64,000 nucleotides of DNA from Podarcis tiliguerta (GCA_965153285.1 OZ229110.1), one strand, 5' to 3'; positions 22,571 to 37,514 are shown, numbered from the stretch's first letter. The notes: generated by a model from the letters alone, not told the origin. Made by a program: numbers and translations.

Positions 22571-25500
22571 TAGCAGTAGTAAATTTACTGGGTACAAGCC
22601 AGTGCAGACTACTTTTCTCACATCTACTGTAATGAGTTAAGCAGCCCTAAGGGACAAAGCCTAATGGAATGGTTTGTCCAGGATTATTGCCTTTTCTGGT
22701 ATAAAGGGTCTGCCTTCAAATTGTCAGGCAGGATTTTCATTCCACTCTTCTGCATTAGGAAATGGAGAAACTTTGTTGTTCCTCAGCCCTCTATTATAAT
22801 TGCATTTAGCGCTACTTCAATGGTTACAAAATAAAATGAAAATATATGATTGCAGGGGAAAGTTATTATACCAATTCAAATATAGTAAATTACCCAAATG
22901 TGAGAGCTAGGTAAAAATGTGCACTTTTGCTTACAAAAATGCACTGTGATTATGGCCAGTCAATCCCATTTTCCAGAGCTAATTCATTTAGAATATTTTG
23001 AAGGAAAAGCAATAACAGTGGAATATTGAACTACTGAACTTTCATAAACAGTTTTAGCTTCATATGAAATTTATGTTAACTGAGTGAAGTCTGGCAATTC
23101 TGAATACCTTAGAAAGATTGTTTTGTCAGATAAGATGATAATAACATCTGAAATAAATATGAACACTTGTGAAATGATAGCAGCTTGATATATGCTGTAT
23201 TCCAATGTGGGCATCAGTCACTTTCAGCAAGAAGATGCTCCCTCCTGAGAGATACATGCCAGTGAAGGGGATCCAACTGTACCTTATTGCTTTACTCATT
23301 AGCTTCTCTGTTGCTGCTCTCAATTTTCTGGCAAAAAGCCTCCTAGGACAGTCCATCATCATAATAACAAATGACTTGATTTGAAACGCAAAGGCAGCTG
23401 AGCTATTCATACCGGACCATAGCCACAAGGAGTGGATTTAAATTAAAACACTGAATGAATACATTGGAGCAAATGATGTTTGCATATTATACTATTGAAC
23501 TACTTTGCATATATTATGTATTTGCAGGTTTCAGATTTGGCCACAGCATGTTTGCTTAAGTCACAAAGCCAACTCTCAAAGCCTCTCCCAGTGTTAATGG
23601 GCTTTCTTCTTGCCCATAACCCCAAAGGCTGGGGTTGTTCTGTTGGAATTGGATTTTAGTTGCTGAATATGATGGGAACATTACTCCATTTGGCTGTTAA
23701 TCAATCCATGGCCTTTTAAAGTGATGTGTCCGTGTGTTGTTGTTGTTGTGTGTTCTATGTTGTAACTCCCGCCCCCCGTAGTCTCTTGATGAAGAAAGGT
23801 ACAGCATATAGATTTCATAAATAATAATAAGTCTAGCATTGGTATGAAGGTGGCAGAAAGCAATGAGGATTTAGATAATAACCAGTCTGCCAAATAAATT
23901 ATAAACCCTCCAGATGTTGCTGGACATCCCTGACTTATTGGCATTGTGTTGAAATTCAACAGTGTAGAATGGTCATAGATTAGCCATCCATGTTTTAGCA
24001 GAACACTCTGCCAAGCAGCGGTTTTCAGGACTGTGAGACATAGTAGGCACAAAGTGGCCAGAGAAACTATAGGCACCTTACTACATCTTGTCTACTACTA
24101 CTTTTTCTCATGGAAAAGGCTTTGTGACTCATTACTTATTTTTATGATCTGTGGAATCAAACCCTAAACACCTGTTATTTGATTCCACAAGGTCCCTTCC
24201 TCGTGGTGTCTATTTATGAACTGTCAGCTTTGAGTTCTTTGGCATTTCTTATGTGGTTAGAGGAAATATCTGGAGCTTTGTGGAAAGCCAAACTCTTAAT
24301 ATTTGCTTATAAATGTTGATTGGTATTGTGTAAATTGGATGTTTAGGATCTCAGAGACAAATGGAAAAGGGAGAGTGTTCTATTCAGCTAAATGGAAAAT
24401 TGCATTTGCTTCTTTATGTTGTGTTTCTTTAGATTTAAAATTGAGAATGGTCCAGCAGATATCAATGCTTCAGGTATGTTGGACTCCACAGTGCCTTTAT
24501 AGGAAGGAACTGGCTGTTTCAGATAGTTCAAAGATGGCAAACACCATATGTGATATAGAAAAGGATTAAGAGGAAGGAAGGGTGGAAATGACTGTCGGGA
24601 TCTCCGCTCAGCCAAGCTGTCAGTGTTGAGTTCAGAAACTAACAATGACAACCTTCCCCCCCCCCCCATCCCCAAGGTGTTCCTGTACTGTGCATTAGAA
24701 GGCTCAAAAATAAGGCTGGCTGCCAGTTGTGAACATTCTTACTATACAGTAGGTGGAGAGCAACTGTGGAGATGCATTCATATTTCTTCGCTTCTACCTG
24801 TCTGCTGGTCAGGATTCTTCAAAGTGTTACAGAGTGCTTCAAGCAACTAATTGCAATGTGTTTTTTGTACTGTTGCTGTCCACCAAAAATCAGCCACTAT
24901 TGTGAAACTGTTCAAATAATTTTCCCTTCTAGGTTGGTCCACTGAATCATGTGTGAAGTACCCTTGCCAGTTCTGCACCTTTTAGGAGCCTATTTTATCA
25001 CAGCTTTCATTTCTGGTGGCAGCACACACCACAATAGGGATGTTTGAATTGGGTTTGGCATACAGATAATTCCCAGTGAATAAATAAGTCCCAAATAATG
25101 TATGCTTAGGATCATAGCTTCCATGTATTTGAAAGAATAAGGGGGAGGGGAATCCTTAGATCATATCAGCTTGATCTTTGAAAACTGACAGACAGCTCGT
25201 CTTTGACTTTCCAGCATCAATATGCTAACATTGACCTTTTGTTTCAGAACAGTATTTTAGAAATGCTTGTGATGACACCCTTCCATTGTTATACAGAATG
25301 CCAATATCTCAACGCAGAATTTACCTAGCTTCCTCCCTCTGCCCCAGTGAATTGATATTCATTTCTCAGAATGCATGTAACTGTTTATGCTTTTGGTAAA
25401 TGTTTAAAAGACTAGCAGTCTTGCACAAAATGGGTTTTATAATCCTTGTGTCTGTTGCACTCTCACCGCCAAAGAAGACTCAAGAACCAGCATATTGGTA

Positions 25501-28500
25501 CAGTGGTTATGTTTATTGAAAGCCAGTTAAAAAGAGAGGGGAGGTTTGTCTATTCATCATATTAAGGGGAGCACCCCTCTTATAATCCCCTGGGCATGTC
25601 AGCTGTTGTACTCATTTGATTGAATGAACTCCCTTCTTGCTAGATGAACCTTGGGGTGTGAGGGCTAAGCATGTACACCATGAATCTGCAGCCAGGTGTT
25701 CACCCATGTGTACCTGTCCATCCCGGAACACTCTGGAGAACCCCCTCCCCAACCTTCGAGTATAAGTGCTGACTGCCCCAAACCCAATATTCCTCATTGA
25801 CTTGGGGGGCATAGGATTACATCTTAATTTGCTCATCTGCTTGCACTAAATGTCAATGAGAAGAAATTGATAAAATTCAACTAATTCCAGTGAGACCACA
25901 TTGAGTGATTTAATTAAGCACGCAAATGCCAATCAAACCAGGTTAACCAAATCAAGGTATGAGAACTTATGCCAATCATATATATTTTTTCCCAGTTATG
26001 TGAGCAATTGCCAATTAGACCAGATAAACCAAATTGAGCAATGGAAATATTGCCAATCAGATGAGATTCACTGATGACATGAGCTAACAAATACCCTGCA
26101 ACGTGAAGTAGGTGAAAAAAAGGGAGAGGAAGAATTCTCCCCAAATAATTTCTATGTGACCCCAGCTAGCCCCAAACCACACTGTACAGGGAGAGTATCA
26201 CTGAACAGAAAGGGAACAGTGAGGGGTTGGAGCAGCCCTAAATTGGCCCAGCCCACTCTTATGTGGCTAGTGACTGCACCACAGGTGACCTCTTCACCCA
26301 CTCTCCTTGAGAAATTTCAGATACAAGTGGCAGTGGAGCAAATTCACTGTTTCTGAATACAGTGAGATCTATGGGATGTGGTTCCAAAAAGTTTGCACAG
26401 GATTGAGCAGCACCTCCCATTTCTCCATATCAGCCATGATGTTCTGTAGTTCATCCTGAGAGGTTTAGTCCAATGTATCAAAATCCTGAAACTGCTTTAA
26501 AGAGTTTAAACATGTTGGGGGAATCACCAAAGCATATTTGTAAGTGGAGGAGGGGGGAGTTATATGGAGCAGCAGAATTACTTAATTGGCTACAACCCAA
26601 AGGTTGCCCAGACTATCCCAGCTGAGTTTTGTTTTACTTTCCTTCATCATCCAAGACAAGAAAGCTCATCTGCACACATCAAGCAATTGCATCAATTAGC
26701 CATATCACATATGTTCTTGAACCTGTAGTGTTGAACATATATATTAAAGCAACTGAAGTGACTGTCCGTTCATCTGTTGTAGTTCTGAAAGCTCTGCTAG
26801 AACTGTTGACCCCAAAGCAAGGCGTGTGAGCCTCTATGCCTCTCTTTCCACATCAGACACCACAGGACCAGCAAACAATATGTAACAATACGTCACAGCA
26901 AGATATAACATTGTTTTCTATGTATCAAAATCACAAGAGCAAAGTCACATTTTCATGCCTTTGGAAATGGGCATATGACAACCTTGCTATAGTTTTTATT
27001 TCTCAAAGCATTTCAGTGGATCATATTGCAAGATAATCTGGTTGGTGCCAAGGAAGGGTTTTGACATGCATATGGCAGCCAAGACCCTGCTATCATTATG
27101 TACAGCTGAAGACAATTTCCACACAGAACACTATTGTTACCCAAAGGTCTCCAAGCATCACAACACATTAAAAATGTAAATACGTACTGGGAATCCAGAG
27201 AGGCACATTACTCTAACTTATGTGCTAACTTATGTCCGATGGATCAGCATTAGATGCTATGGGGCAACCAGTAGTTCATGACACAGCAGCTGAAGTAGCA
27301 TCTTGTAACTGGAAGGTTACCCACTTTTCATAGCCTCCTGTGTTAAAGAAAAAAGTGGTGCTCATTTCTTCCAGTATTCCTTGCTTTGAAGGAATATTGA
27401 TTATTTATTAATGATCAATATGGAAGGGTGTGTGGGCCCATCAACCTCTCCCTCTCACTTACATGCTTTTCTCCTTGGTATGGTTCTGTCACACTAGGCA
27501 AGGGGAATGCAAAATTCCTTCAAATTTGCAGAATTGGAAGACGCTGAAGTTAGGCCTTCTGTTAGCGGCAAGCCTCTATTCTTAATGTCCCAACACTTTA
27601 ATAAGCTTTGAATCAGACTTGAAAGAGTAGGAGTACTATGTAATTATTATTACTGAAAATATCCCATACAATCCTAATGATCAGGCCTGGCTTGAGTTAT
27701 CTTCTACCAACTGGAACAAATTAGTTTGATTTACTGTATGCTCTACCGAAAAGGGACGGTTTGAACACTTAAACTGTTCTGGTTGGAAGATGATATACAT
27801 TTCTTAAGTGAAACATTGCAGGAACACACATTAAGGACTTAGCCAAATCCATTTTCCCCTAGATGATAGCATATTATATAGCTAGTGTTCCATGCTACAT
27901 TTTATAAATGGTAGAAAAGTCAATTAAATATTTATGGCTTCTTGGTTCACATTTATTGCTTATTACCAAATTCTAATATGAAGGATACCAAATTTAAAGG
28001 CTGAATTCCATCCATGTGTAGAGATTATACAAATCTTTATTCATTTCATTGTAGAACCATTTCTTATAGAAATATTTCATTTTTACAATATTTCATATTG
28101 TAAGACAACAAATCAGTGAAATTTCAACTAACAGTGCTTATTTCAAAGCAGGCACAATTTGATGAATTACAAAGTTTGGTCTGCAGAGTTGTTCCAGACT
28201 TTATTGTGTTTCTCCAGTGAGAAACTAGAAGGTCGGTTTAATTACGCAAATTGTGCTCAGCTCAAATCTTCCCCCTAAAGTCAGAATCAATTTGTCTCAC
28301 ATTCCCTTGGGAACTGGCAACACACTTATTTGCCAGCCTCACTTCAAGAAACGGTATTTAAATATTGAGCAACATTTCAGCAAAATGATTATCATAAAAT
28401 GTCACGCTATTCTTAGTATGCCAGTGTATTAAATATTCAACTACACAACACATACAAGAAGGTAATGCCATCAAGAATCATTAATGCATTTATTTCACTG

Positions 28501-29067
28501 TCATATTCCATTGACTGAAGAAGCTATTCTGGGGTTGGGGAGGAGATCTAGTAATTGAAAGAGTAGCTACATGGAGGCAAAAAATAATAGGTCCACCCAT
28601 ATTGCACATGTCAAAAAAGTAAGCGCAGTTGATCCGAATGAGACACACAATTTGCCTTAAGCCACAACAGTTTTTTCAAGACTATGACCAAATGTTGCTA
28701 AAAGCTGCCACTGTTGTTTAACAATATAAAATTAATAGAATGGAACAGGTGGTACCTGTCACCAAATGTTGCATTGGACATGCAGCCCGTGGATGCCCTC
28801 CTCCAGGATTTTTCATCCCTTTCTGCTCCTATTTTTTCACATCCCTGCTCTGTAATAAGAACTCAGCATTCCATGCTCACTGAACATCCTCATTCCTCAC
28901 TGGGCTGTTTTTCAGGTCTTCCCCTGCTCTTAAGTTTCCCCCTGAATATTTTGCTATCCTATTGCGATTTATTTGGTCACTCTTGTGTATGGATGGTCCT
29001 ACTTTTGCTACATAAGAAGAGTGAGTTCACTGTTGGTATATAAAATAGGATAGGGTAATGTAAAGTG

Positions 29068-29490
29068 CAGCAGAATTTACAATCTATATGCACAAAGATG
29101 GAGAGAGGAGATAGTACCTACAAAGGAAGAGTGGCAGATGAAATTAATGGAATATGCAGAATTAGCAAGCTTAACCAGCAAAATTAGAGAGCAAAGAGGA
29201 GAAAAGTTTTAAAGATGAATGGAAGCCATTTGTAGACTACCTAAAAACTTTGGTCAGTTTGGAGTAAACTCAGCAGTTACAGTTTATGAGTAGAATTTGA
29301 ATGTTTGAATAGTTAGAAAAAAATAGAATATGCAGCAGGAATGGAAAACTTTTGGGACCCATGGAAGGATGGATGGGAAGTCGATGGAGTATTATAGATT
29401 GATGTAATGTATCTATTTTTCTTTTTTCTATTTCTTCTATTTCTTTAACTTTTTTTTCTTTTACTCAGTTCTGTATTTTGTATTTTTATA
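29068..29490 (+). mobile_element. L1 LINE 3' end (ORF2 C-terminus plus 3'UTR)
   Basis: Translation LYAQRWREEIVPTKEEWQMKLMEYAELASLTSKIREQ.../..DEWKPFVDYLK, typical of non-mammalian L1 ORF2 ends; T-rich UTR follows. Confidence 0.8.
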
Positions 29491-30951
29491 AATTCACACA
29501 CACATACACACACAGAGTCTGTGCCAAGTGCATGCCAGAGCTATTGAATGGGGATTTGAGAAGATGGCACCTTCTTCCCTTCCGGCTCTTGGTGCTTCCT
29601 TTTGCTCTATGCAATAGACACTAATTTCAGGCTCTTCTTGCATCGGTACATGTTTATAAATAGGTTGAAAGATTTGAATCAAAGAAAAATCCTAGTCAGA
29701 AACCTACATGTTCTGCCCTGCCACATGCTCATCAGTGCAGATTTCTTTGATCTGATCTGTTTAGAGCAGTAACAGCTATCTGCTCCTGGGGACAGGTGGT
29801 GGTCTGATGTAACCCAGACTTATGTTCACCTCTAATGCTGTTACCACAACTCCATTGGCATGGCTGGACCTGCGTGACAATTCACTGTGCAATATTCTGA
29901 TGGAAGAAATGAGTGTGTTCAAAAGCTTTTCAAGGAGCAGAGTAGCAGCCGAAGATGCCTCATTTTATGTCTGGAGGAATCCCAGACAGTGTGGCTTTTG
30001 ATTAAACATGGAACATGGCTTTGTTGCCTCAAATAATACCGCTGGTGCAGCCACCCAGTTTCACACACTTCTTGAAGCTAGAATCATTGGATAATGTAAG
30101 CCTTTCTATCCTGTGTTGAATTTAGCATTATTAAATCAGGCATGTTTTAGTCATAATATGCAAGCAATTTTGTCCCACAATGCATACAGTGAAAAGCATA
30201 CAGCACAGGCGTGTGTGTCATACTTTTAATTAATGTTGTAAGGGAAGCTCCTCCCACTGAATTGCGTTATAACACTTATGTTACGTGACATTAAGAATCT
30301 GCAGTTGCATCATTTTTTCTCTCATTTACCCTAATGCAGTATAGCAGAATGATTTCACAATTCATAATACATTAGTGACAATTAAATGCTAATGTGAAGG
30401 GATGTGATATTAGCTTGTTTCCCTTAAGAACAAATAATATATTATGGATGTTATAATTCTGGGTTTTTCCTGTTGTTCTTTCCCATTCCTTGTGACTTGG
30501 CTCAGAAGTGACAGAACAAGCAGAGTTGCACAATTCTTGCTGTGAAATTTGTTCAAAAAAAGAAAAAAAAGAAGTAGGCTGGGGAGGGAAGAATAATGAA
30601 GAATAATATTTTCCAAAATATGACAACAAAAATATGTCTGTCTGTTTCACCAGTGCTGCATACATGCATCTAAAGCTTCTTTTAAAAAAATAGATTTTAG
30701 GGTAGTTTAAAGGACACCCTTTGTAGAATCTCATTCCTTAAATTACCTTAAATCATTATTTTCTTACTATGTTAGTTTAATTGAGGATAGGCCATTATGC
30801 TAATTTATTTTGCTTTCCCACTTTTCTCTTAACAGTTTATAGTTGCTTTATTGAAAAAGTAATTACTGACTTCCAATACAATAACTGGAAAATGGCTTCT
30901 TCAAATAACCCAGATTGTCACAGCAGCATCAGCACAGTAAAATCATTTTTG

Positions 30952-30954
<3 letters not shown>

Positions 30955-30986
<32 letters not shown>
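30955..30986. repeat. (GA)n microsatellite
   Basis: About 16 GA units. Confidence 0.97.
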
Positions 30987-30989
<3 letters not shown>

Positions 30990-31630
30990 TCTTTGATTTC
31001 AGATGGACCTTAAATTACTGCAGAGGATCTATCAGTGTTGAGATAGTTCTGTTGCCATTATTTGACCAACAGCACCCTGGGATTTAGCAGCTTAAGACAA
31101 AAGGTCATCACCCAGGGAAATGTATGAGAGGCCACTTCTTTGAAGTTTAAAAATTCTCCTCTGGGGGGAAAAAGAAAAGAAAAAAGACAGCTCACTGAGA
31201 TATCTCTCTAAGGACTTGTGCTGTAACTGTTCTCTCCCCACTCCTATTTCATTTTAAAATTTGAGATATGGAATAGTATGAGGTTCTTTCCCTTATTTTT
31301 TATCTTAGAACGTTGATATATTTCATCAAGAGAGTTTTAAATATTTGAAAGAGCACTGCTGGGTGAAATGACTTGGTGAAATTGTGCAAGTGCTATATAT
31401 TAATTACTTAGTGTTTCAAAAATGAGGAAGGCAATGCTTTTCAAATGGGTATCAAAGCAATGTCAGCGTTTCGTTACTGGAGATGTGCACTGTTATAGCT
31501 GATGCAAAGCCAATCACTAAATTGCTCTGCATTTGCAAACTGAGAGGCAGAATAAATAGTAGAGAGAAGAACATTTATGTAGTCTTAAGATGAGTACAGA
31601 CTAAGATCTAATTCTTATGTCACCTTTGCT

Positions 31631-31684
31631 GAATTCTGTAATTTAGAGAAGATGAGAATTCTGTAATTTAGAGAAGATGAGAAT
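31631..31684. repeat. Perfect 25-bp tandem duplication
   Basis: GAATTCTGTAATTTAGAGAAGATGA x2 plus GAAT. Confidence 0.95.
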
Positions 31685-31836
31685 ATTTCCAAAAAGCATT
31701 TGTGGATCTTCGGCTGCCATTGCACAGTGTACCTGCATCTGCAATCTTTTTCTTTAACATTTCATACTGGCACCATCTGTTTCTCCCCTGAGAGCCGACA
31801 CCATCAGAATGAGCAAGGATTGGATTGATTTATAAA

Positions 31837-31930
31837 TACATACATACATACATACATACGTATGTACATACATACATTCATACATACCCCACTTTTTCCC
31901 TGTTAGAGACTCAAAGCAGCTTACAGGTAA
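31837..31930 (-). mobile_element. L2-type 3' end with (TACA)n tail
   Basis: Minus strand TGTAAGCTGCTTTGAGTCTCTAACAGGGAAAAAGTGGGG followed by imperfect (TATG)n (31837-31887). Confidence 0.6.
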
Positions 31931-33494
31931 AAATAAGAACTGCTGAAAGCCTGGAGTGGGGGACAATCAATACAGTAGAACTAAACATTGATAGAATTAG
32001 AACTATATACATATATATAAAATGTGTTAAAAACATACCAAGGTATTGTTGACAGAAAAGAAAAGAACCACATGCGGTCAAGGTGGCAGCAGTGCACTGA
32101 CACCCCCCCCCCAAGGAAGAAAGAGTGCTAAAAGTGCTTTCAGATGAAAATGTCCTCTCCTGTGTGAAAGAGATCTTCCCTTTATGAAGGCCTAAGCAGA
32201 CTGAGAAGAAGATTTATTCTATACATGTAACATTATTACATGTGGGCCTGCAGATGTGGTTAGACTCCAACTCCCATCAGCCTCAGTCAGCGTGGCCAAT
32301 TTCTCCCCACATTCTGTGAGTATCAGCTAATTAGCTTTCGCTTGGCACAAAGAGGGTCAGTGTGACTTCCCGTCATATTTCTGTCACCTTGTGCTGCCAT
32401 TCCTTTCCTGTCGAAGAAAATGCAGTGTCATTATATGTCTTGGATGAACAACTCTCAAGGAACATGCATTGGATTAGTTGAAGAAGGTGACTTTAACAGT
32501 TCCAAGCTGGTGCCTTCATTCCTTTTCTTTCTAAACCGGTGCTTCAGTGCAATTGAGCCCTAAACTAATCCTGACACATAGTCACATACTGTAAATCTCA
32601 CCCCTGGTTTTGTTTAACCAAAAGCAGTGGATTTGAGCGGAGAAATGGAGGGCAACATACCATTCTCCTCTGATACTTTTCATCTCAAAACTACCACCAC
32701 TTGAACTCATTTTCTCTCCATGGAAAAAGATATTCACACCATTCTAGGGATGGTGGCAGAATTTACAACAAGCGGACTGAGCATTGAACTGGCCCATAGT
32801 CAACTTGTCAGCTGTCTTTTTCAAAGTATGTATTAGAACTTGGAGAACTGATAAACGTTTGAACTAGGTGTCAAAATCAATTCCTCATTGTGCACTAGCA
32901 GTTTTTTCAAAACCCTTTACTTTGCTGGCTTAAACTACTGAAATTATATTGCAAGCAATATGCATGGAGGTTCAGAATTGTGGCTACGGGCAACATTGAT
33001 TCTTGATTTCCTTGCACATAACAGTCTTAGCATGGTGGTGCTCAGTAGTGATGGTTGATCTCTTGATTATTGACTTATCTGCATTGATTTAACTGAGTGT
33101 ACATTATATGCCACTCTTTTCTGCAACCAAGCAATATGAATGTACAATGTATCCTATTCCTATATCCTACAGCAGTCAAGCCACTCCCCCCCCCCCCCAG
33201 TGAACTGCTACAGGTAAAAGGAAATCAGTAACATTATTTCAGTGGGTCTACTCTTGAGGATGATTAAATTGGCTGCAACATATCTTTAAGCTGGAGACAA
33301 TCCCTACTTATTTCAAGTGGTCATAGTGTTTTCTGTGGTTGGTTGTGGCTATTCAGCAGCAAGGAAAGCCAAGAGGCATTCCCAGCTGGATAAATGGGAC
33401 TTTACCTTGAGTGAATTGTGTTTGTCTTCTTTTAACTGTCTATCTAATATGCACATTGTCATAAAACAATGGTTTAGAAGGTAATTAATAAATC

Positions 33495-33531
<37 letters not shown>
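33495..33531. repeat. (AAT)n microsatellite
   Basis: About 12 AAT units. Confidence 0.97.
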
Positions 33532-35984
33532 GGAAAAGACACATTTTCCTAGGTAGTTTCTCTTATTATTTTGTAGCTGAAGCCTGATGCTGCAAAATGG
33601 CTTTTAGGGTGCAGTCATAATAAGTATTGGCTGAAATGAAGCCCCTCCCAGCAATCTGTAGAATGTGGCTTGAAGAAGTTGCCTCAGCAAGGCTCATGGT
33701 AGTGCTAGCCCTTCTGCCTGCAATCTGAACCATTCACAGATGTTCATCATGTCCTTACTTATAGGCAATACAGCACATACTTAGATTAAATGGTTGGTGC
33801 TTTCTTTTTCATTACCAGTCCTGTAAGTAACTCCAGGTTTCTCCTGTATTGTTGTAATGGTGGACTTCAAGAATACACTCTGCTCTCAGGTACGCAGACC
33901 TTTTTTTAAAAAAAAAAAGCTGAGGGATTGCCACAGTTACTGAAGTCCCCAAGGGCTCGGTGAGGTGCACATTTCCAAAGTCTTTTTTCCCACCTACCCA
34001 GCCTGCACAGATGGATTTTAAGGATTCTGATCACTTGAAATGTCTGGGGAGAATGATTAAAAGGACAGGAGGAAAGCTGCCTTCTTGAATTCTAATCAAT
34101 CACTCCTCCTAGGATGATTTAAGCTATGAGGAGTATATAGGCTTGAGACCCTGTATGACAGTAAGCCTACCTGTGGCACTCAGCAGTTGCTGATACAGAC
34201 TGAAACCAGGGGTGCTTTGTGGGGTGCCTGGGAGTACTATTGCACTTGTGTCAATGGGGGGGGGGGGAGTCAATGTCCAAATGACTTCACACAAAGTGTT
34301 GGAGGACAAGGCGTGAACTGGAAAGAGGTGGCCCTTTCCCTCCCTTGTCTGAGGGCAGGGGTCAGTTGGAGACTGGTCAGTTGGAGACTGGATTTCTTTA
34401 TTACTAGACCCTAAGATTTGTTTGTGCACAGGTGTGTATTGCAGCCTCCTCCAAGGAGCTGTGCATATAACAGCACATGCAAAATATATCAGCCATGGTG
34501 CTAAACTGCTGAAGTAGCGGTATTGATGAGCAGAAAGCCATTCACTATTGGAGAGGGATGTTACCCATTTTCTTCCTCTTCCCCCACCCAATGATTCATC
34601 ATGGATCTCTGATTTGTTTCAGCTCTGTAGTGTAAGTGCAAGAATGAGTACAGTCAAATAAGAGTTGCAGAATTTGCACGACAAAACCTTGTTTTGATTT
34701 TATCGCTTGTGTGGGCTCTGATAGCCTGCAGCCATCTTCCAAAGCAAGCAAGGATTTGATGGTGATAAAGCACAGTTACTTGAATTCGCAGCAACCTGGA
34801 AGTTATTCCACTGTCACTTTTGTAGAACCAAACTAGATGATACATTAACTAGGTATCTATGCTCTTAAATGCATGGTTATTTTTTTAACACAAATTTGTG
34901 ATGCAGGGCCCCTGGCCCAGAATGGGACCTTAGCATGTGGGTTAAGGTATTCTCACCCTTTGCAGTCTCCATCCAGATTGCCCCACTATGTGTTAAAATG
35001 TGTGTTTGAATGAAACTTCCTTTTGAAATGTGTTGTGCTGAGCAGGGGCAGGTGATCAAGACTGAGACCATGGGTGGGATGAAGCAAAGCATTAAAGCCC
35101 CATATTCCCTAGGTCAGGGCCCTGATCTGGATTGGTGTCACTGCACTGGTACTTTTTGTAAATCAAAAAACCAAATCCTTCATATAAGGACATAGGTACA
35201 TAGCTATTGTACCATCTAGTTTAGCTTTGAATCATGGGGGAAAGGAACACTCATCTACGCTGTGTTTGACTTCGCCTTTCCAATTGTGTTCTGGGAAACC
35301 TTAGCAATTTATCAACAAACAGGCGGATTTAGAAACATAGGGATAAACTTTAATACAGGGTCTTTTTTCTGCAGAGTAAAAAGAATAAGAAATGCATTTG
35401 CTCTTCCAGGTACCAGAATCTCTCACCTTCTCAGTTATTAAGCCCAATGAGATCTACATATAATGTTAAGTGGCCACAGATTTTACATTATTAACTTAAT
35501 AATTGTATGCCGTTCTCTATATCTGTAATTCCAATAAAGTCCATTATATACATAGCACAACCAGTCATTATGGCACCAATATTATTGTCTTAAGTGCCCA
35601 GAAGACAATTATATGGCAGTTACTATCTCTTTCATGGTAACTTGTCACTTCAGGAATAATGGCTATTGTAAGCTGTAAATATTACAGTTGGTCTTACCAA
35701 AATGAACACACAGCTTGAAATAATCTATTTGTCACATGCATAGTGTAATATTCTATATGTGAACTATGCAGTTGTTGGTAGCAACGTAGAATATACCATA
35801 CCTTGTAATAAAGTATTATTCATGCCCTTGACTAGTTGCAGCTGTATTATAATTTAGAAACAAATAATGTAACATCTTAGAAATATGTTCTGTTTTTGTT
35901 TACATTTTTGCTTACATTTTTGTTTAAATTGGACATTAGGTAGGTTGGGTTTGCCTTCCATGGAAGGAATGACTGGTCCAGCCA

Positions 35985-36305
35985 CAGAAGAGTTTTGATC
36001 TAGCAGACAAATCCTCTCTATCTGGTCAAGACTTTCTGAAGGCCACACCCACTCTCTAGGCCATGCCCCAAACTTTGCAACCCCCTCGAGTCCTTTTGTG
36101 CTGCTGGAATGCTTCATTGATGGGAGGGAGCGAGGGAATATCCAGTTTTGCATGGCCGGAATGTAGCCCACTGTACAAAGGTAAAAGTCACACCCATATC
36201 CCTGCCCACTTTTGCCTCTAGTACCACTCACCACTGCCATGCAGCCAACAAGATTTCCCCATGGGGAAATGTGTCCTTCAGGCTGCAAATGGTTCTCCAG
36301 TTTTG
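35985..36305. mobile_element. Degraded non-autonomous hAT-Charlie-like element (tentative)
   Basis: GC-richer block with GGCCACACCC/GGCCATGCCC motifs, ending ...GAAATGTGTCCTTCAGGCTGCAAATGGTTCTCC; resembles recalled squamate hAT derivatives; no TSD seen. Confidence 0.4.
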
Positions 36306-37342
36306 CTTTACATATTGACATATCATTGACATCAACCTGAAAACTTGTCCATTGTCTTTTGGCATCACTTTAGCATTGAAAAACCAAAATCTAGATATGT
36401 AACCACACCATCTGGCAAGTGCATAGCTTTTGTTATATGTTGAAGCTTTTTTTCTGCACAAATATTAACATGGCAGAACTAATGTTCTGCAACCTTGTCT
36501 TCATTTTTATACTCTTTTCCTAAAGAATGGGGTATTTGGATTTTTATGTCATGAATGAACTGTGAATTATATTGATGTGCTGTATTGCTTTGACCTTTTC
36601 CACATAGTTTAATGTGAGTAGCCATTCCACTGTGCTGGCTTTTAACTGCTTTATTATGCTCCTGGGAACAGGTAGTCTAAAAGACAGGCATTAAAAAAAA
36701 AGTCACCCTCATTTCAGGATTAGTTGGCAGCCTTTTTTATTTCACACAACATTTTTGTCTGAGTTTCACATCTGTTAATTGATATCTAAAAGTGGAAGCC
36801 TCTTAGTGGGGGATAAGTTATAAAAGAAGGAACAAAGTATGTAGAAATTTGTCATTGTCATATGATATATATCCTCATCTGATATGTCCTAAAGTGCCAC
36901 GGTAACTGGGTTCCCATGTGACACAGAATTCATTTGCATATGACAAAGATAACAAAGTGGGAAATGAAATAAAATTTCAATCATTCTCCATTTTGGCCTG
37001 GAGATAAGCCATCTTGTAGTGCTGCTCCTTCGCCCTTTATAATGAGAGCATGCCTGATGAAGGAGAGATACTAGGTATTACATTTCTGAAAGGTATAAAA
37101 GTCTGTCGTGATATCATGGATATCTCATCTACAATATAGAGTTTCTGCATTTAAGAAATGTGAGAAGAATAATGAATGGTTGGGGTTTTTTTTGCTTGGT
37201 ATAGTTGGGGAAGGTAGGAGGGGTAAAACAGATTGTTTCAGCTTGAAACCTCTTACTTCAGAAGAGTGCTGGCTGCAGCCCATTGGGACTGGCAGAGTGG
37301 GAGACAGAGACACCAATTGTAGTGCCAGAGCCAATGACAGTT

Positions 37343-37454
37343 GTTGTTGTTTAGTCGTGTACGACTCTTCGTGACCCCATGGACCAAAGCACGCCAGGCA
37401 CTCCTGTCTTCCACTGCCTCCCGCAGTTTGGTTAAACTCATGTTGGTAGCTTCT
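37343..37454 (-). mobile_element. Bov-B (RTE LINE) 5'-truncated insertion
   Basis: Minus translation MSLTKLREAVEDRSAWRALVHGVTKSRTRLN; (CAA)n tail; exact 10-bp TSD AATGACAGTT at 37333-37342 and 37455-37464. Confidence 0.95.
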
Positions 37455-37514
37455 AATGACAGTTAGAGCCAACTAATTCTAGTTTTACCTTATCCTCCTT
37501 CCCTCTGAGGCCCC

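Noticed and set aside
34124-36321. Two 155-aa minus-strand ORFs
   Set aside because: No known motifs; the second overlaps a decayed repeat; consistent with chance in 64 kb.
37050-37100. CTGATGA...GAAA possible second hammerhead
   Set aside because: Weak stem II and no stem I or stem III pairing. Other CTGATGA hits (e.g. ~21710, 39701, 50125, 56588) likewise lack the fold.
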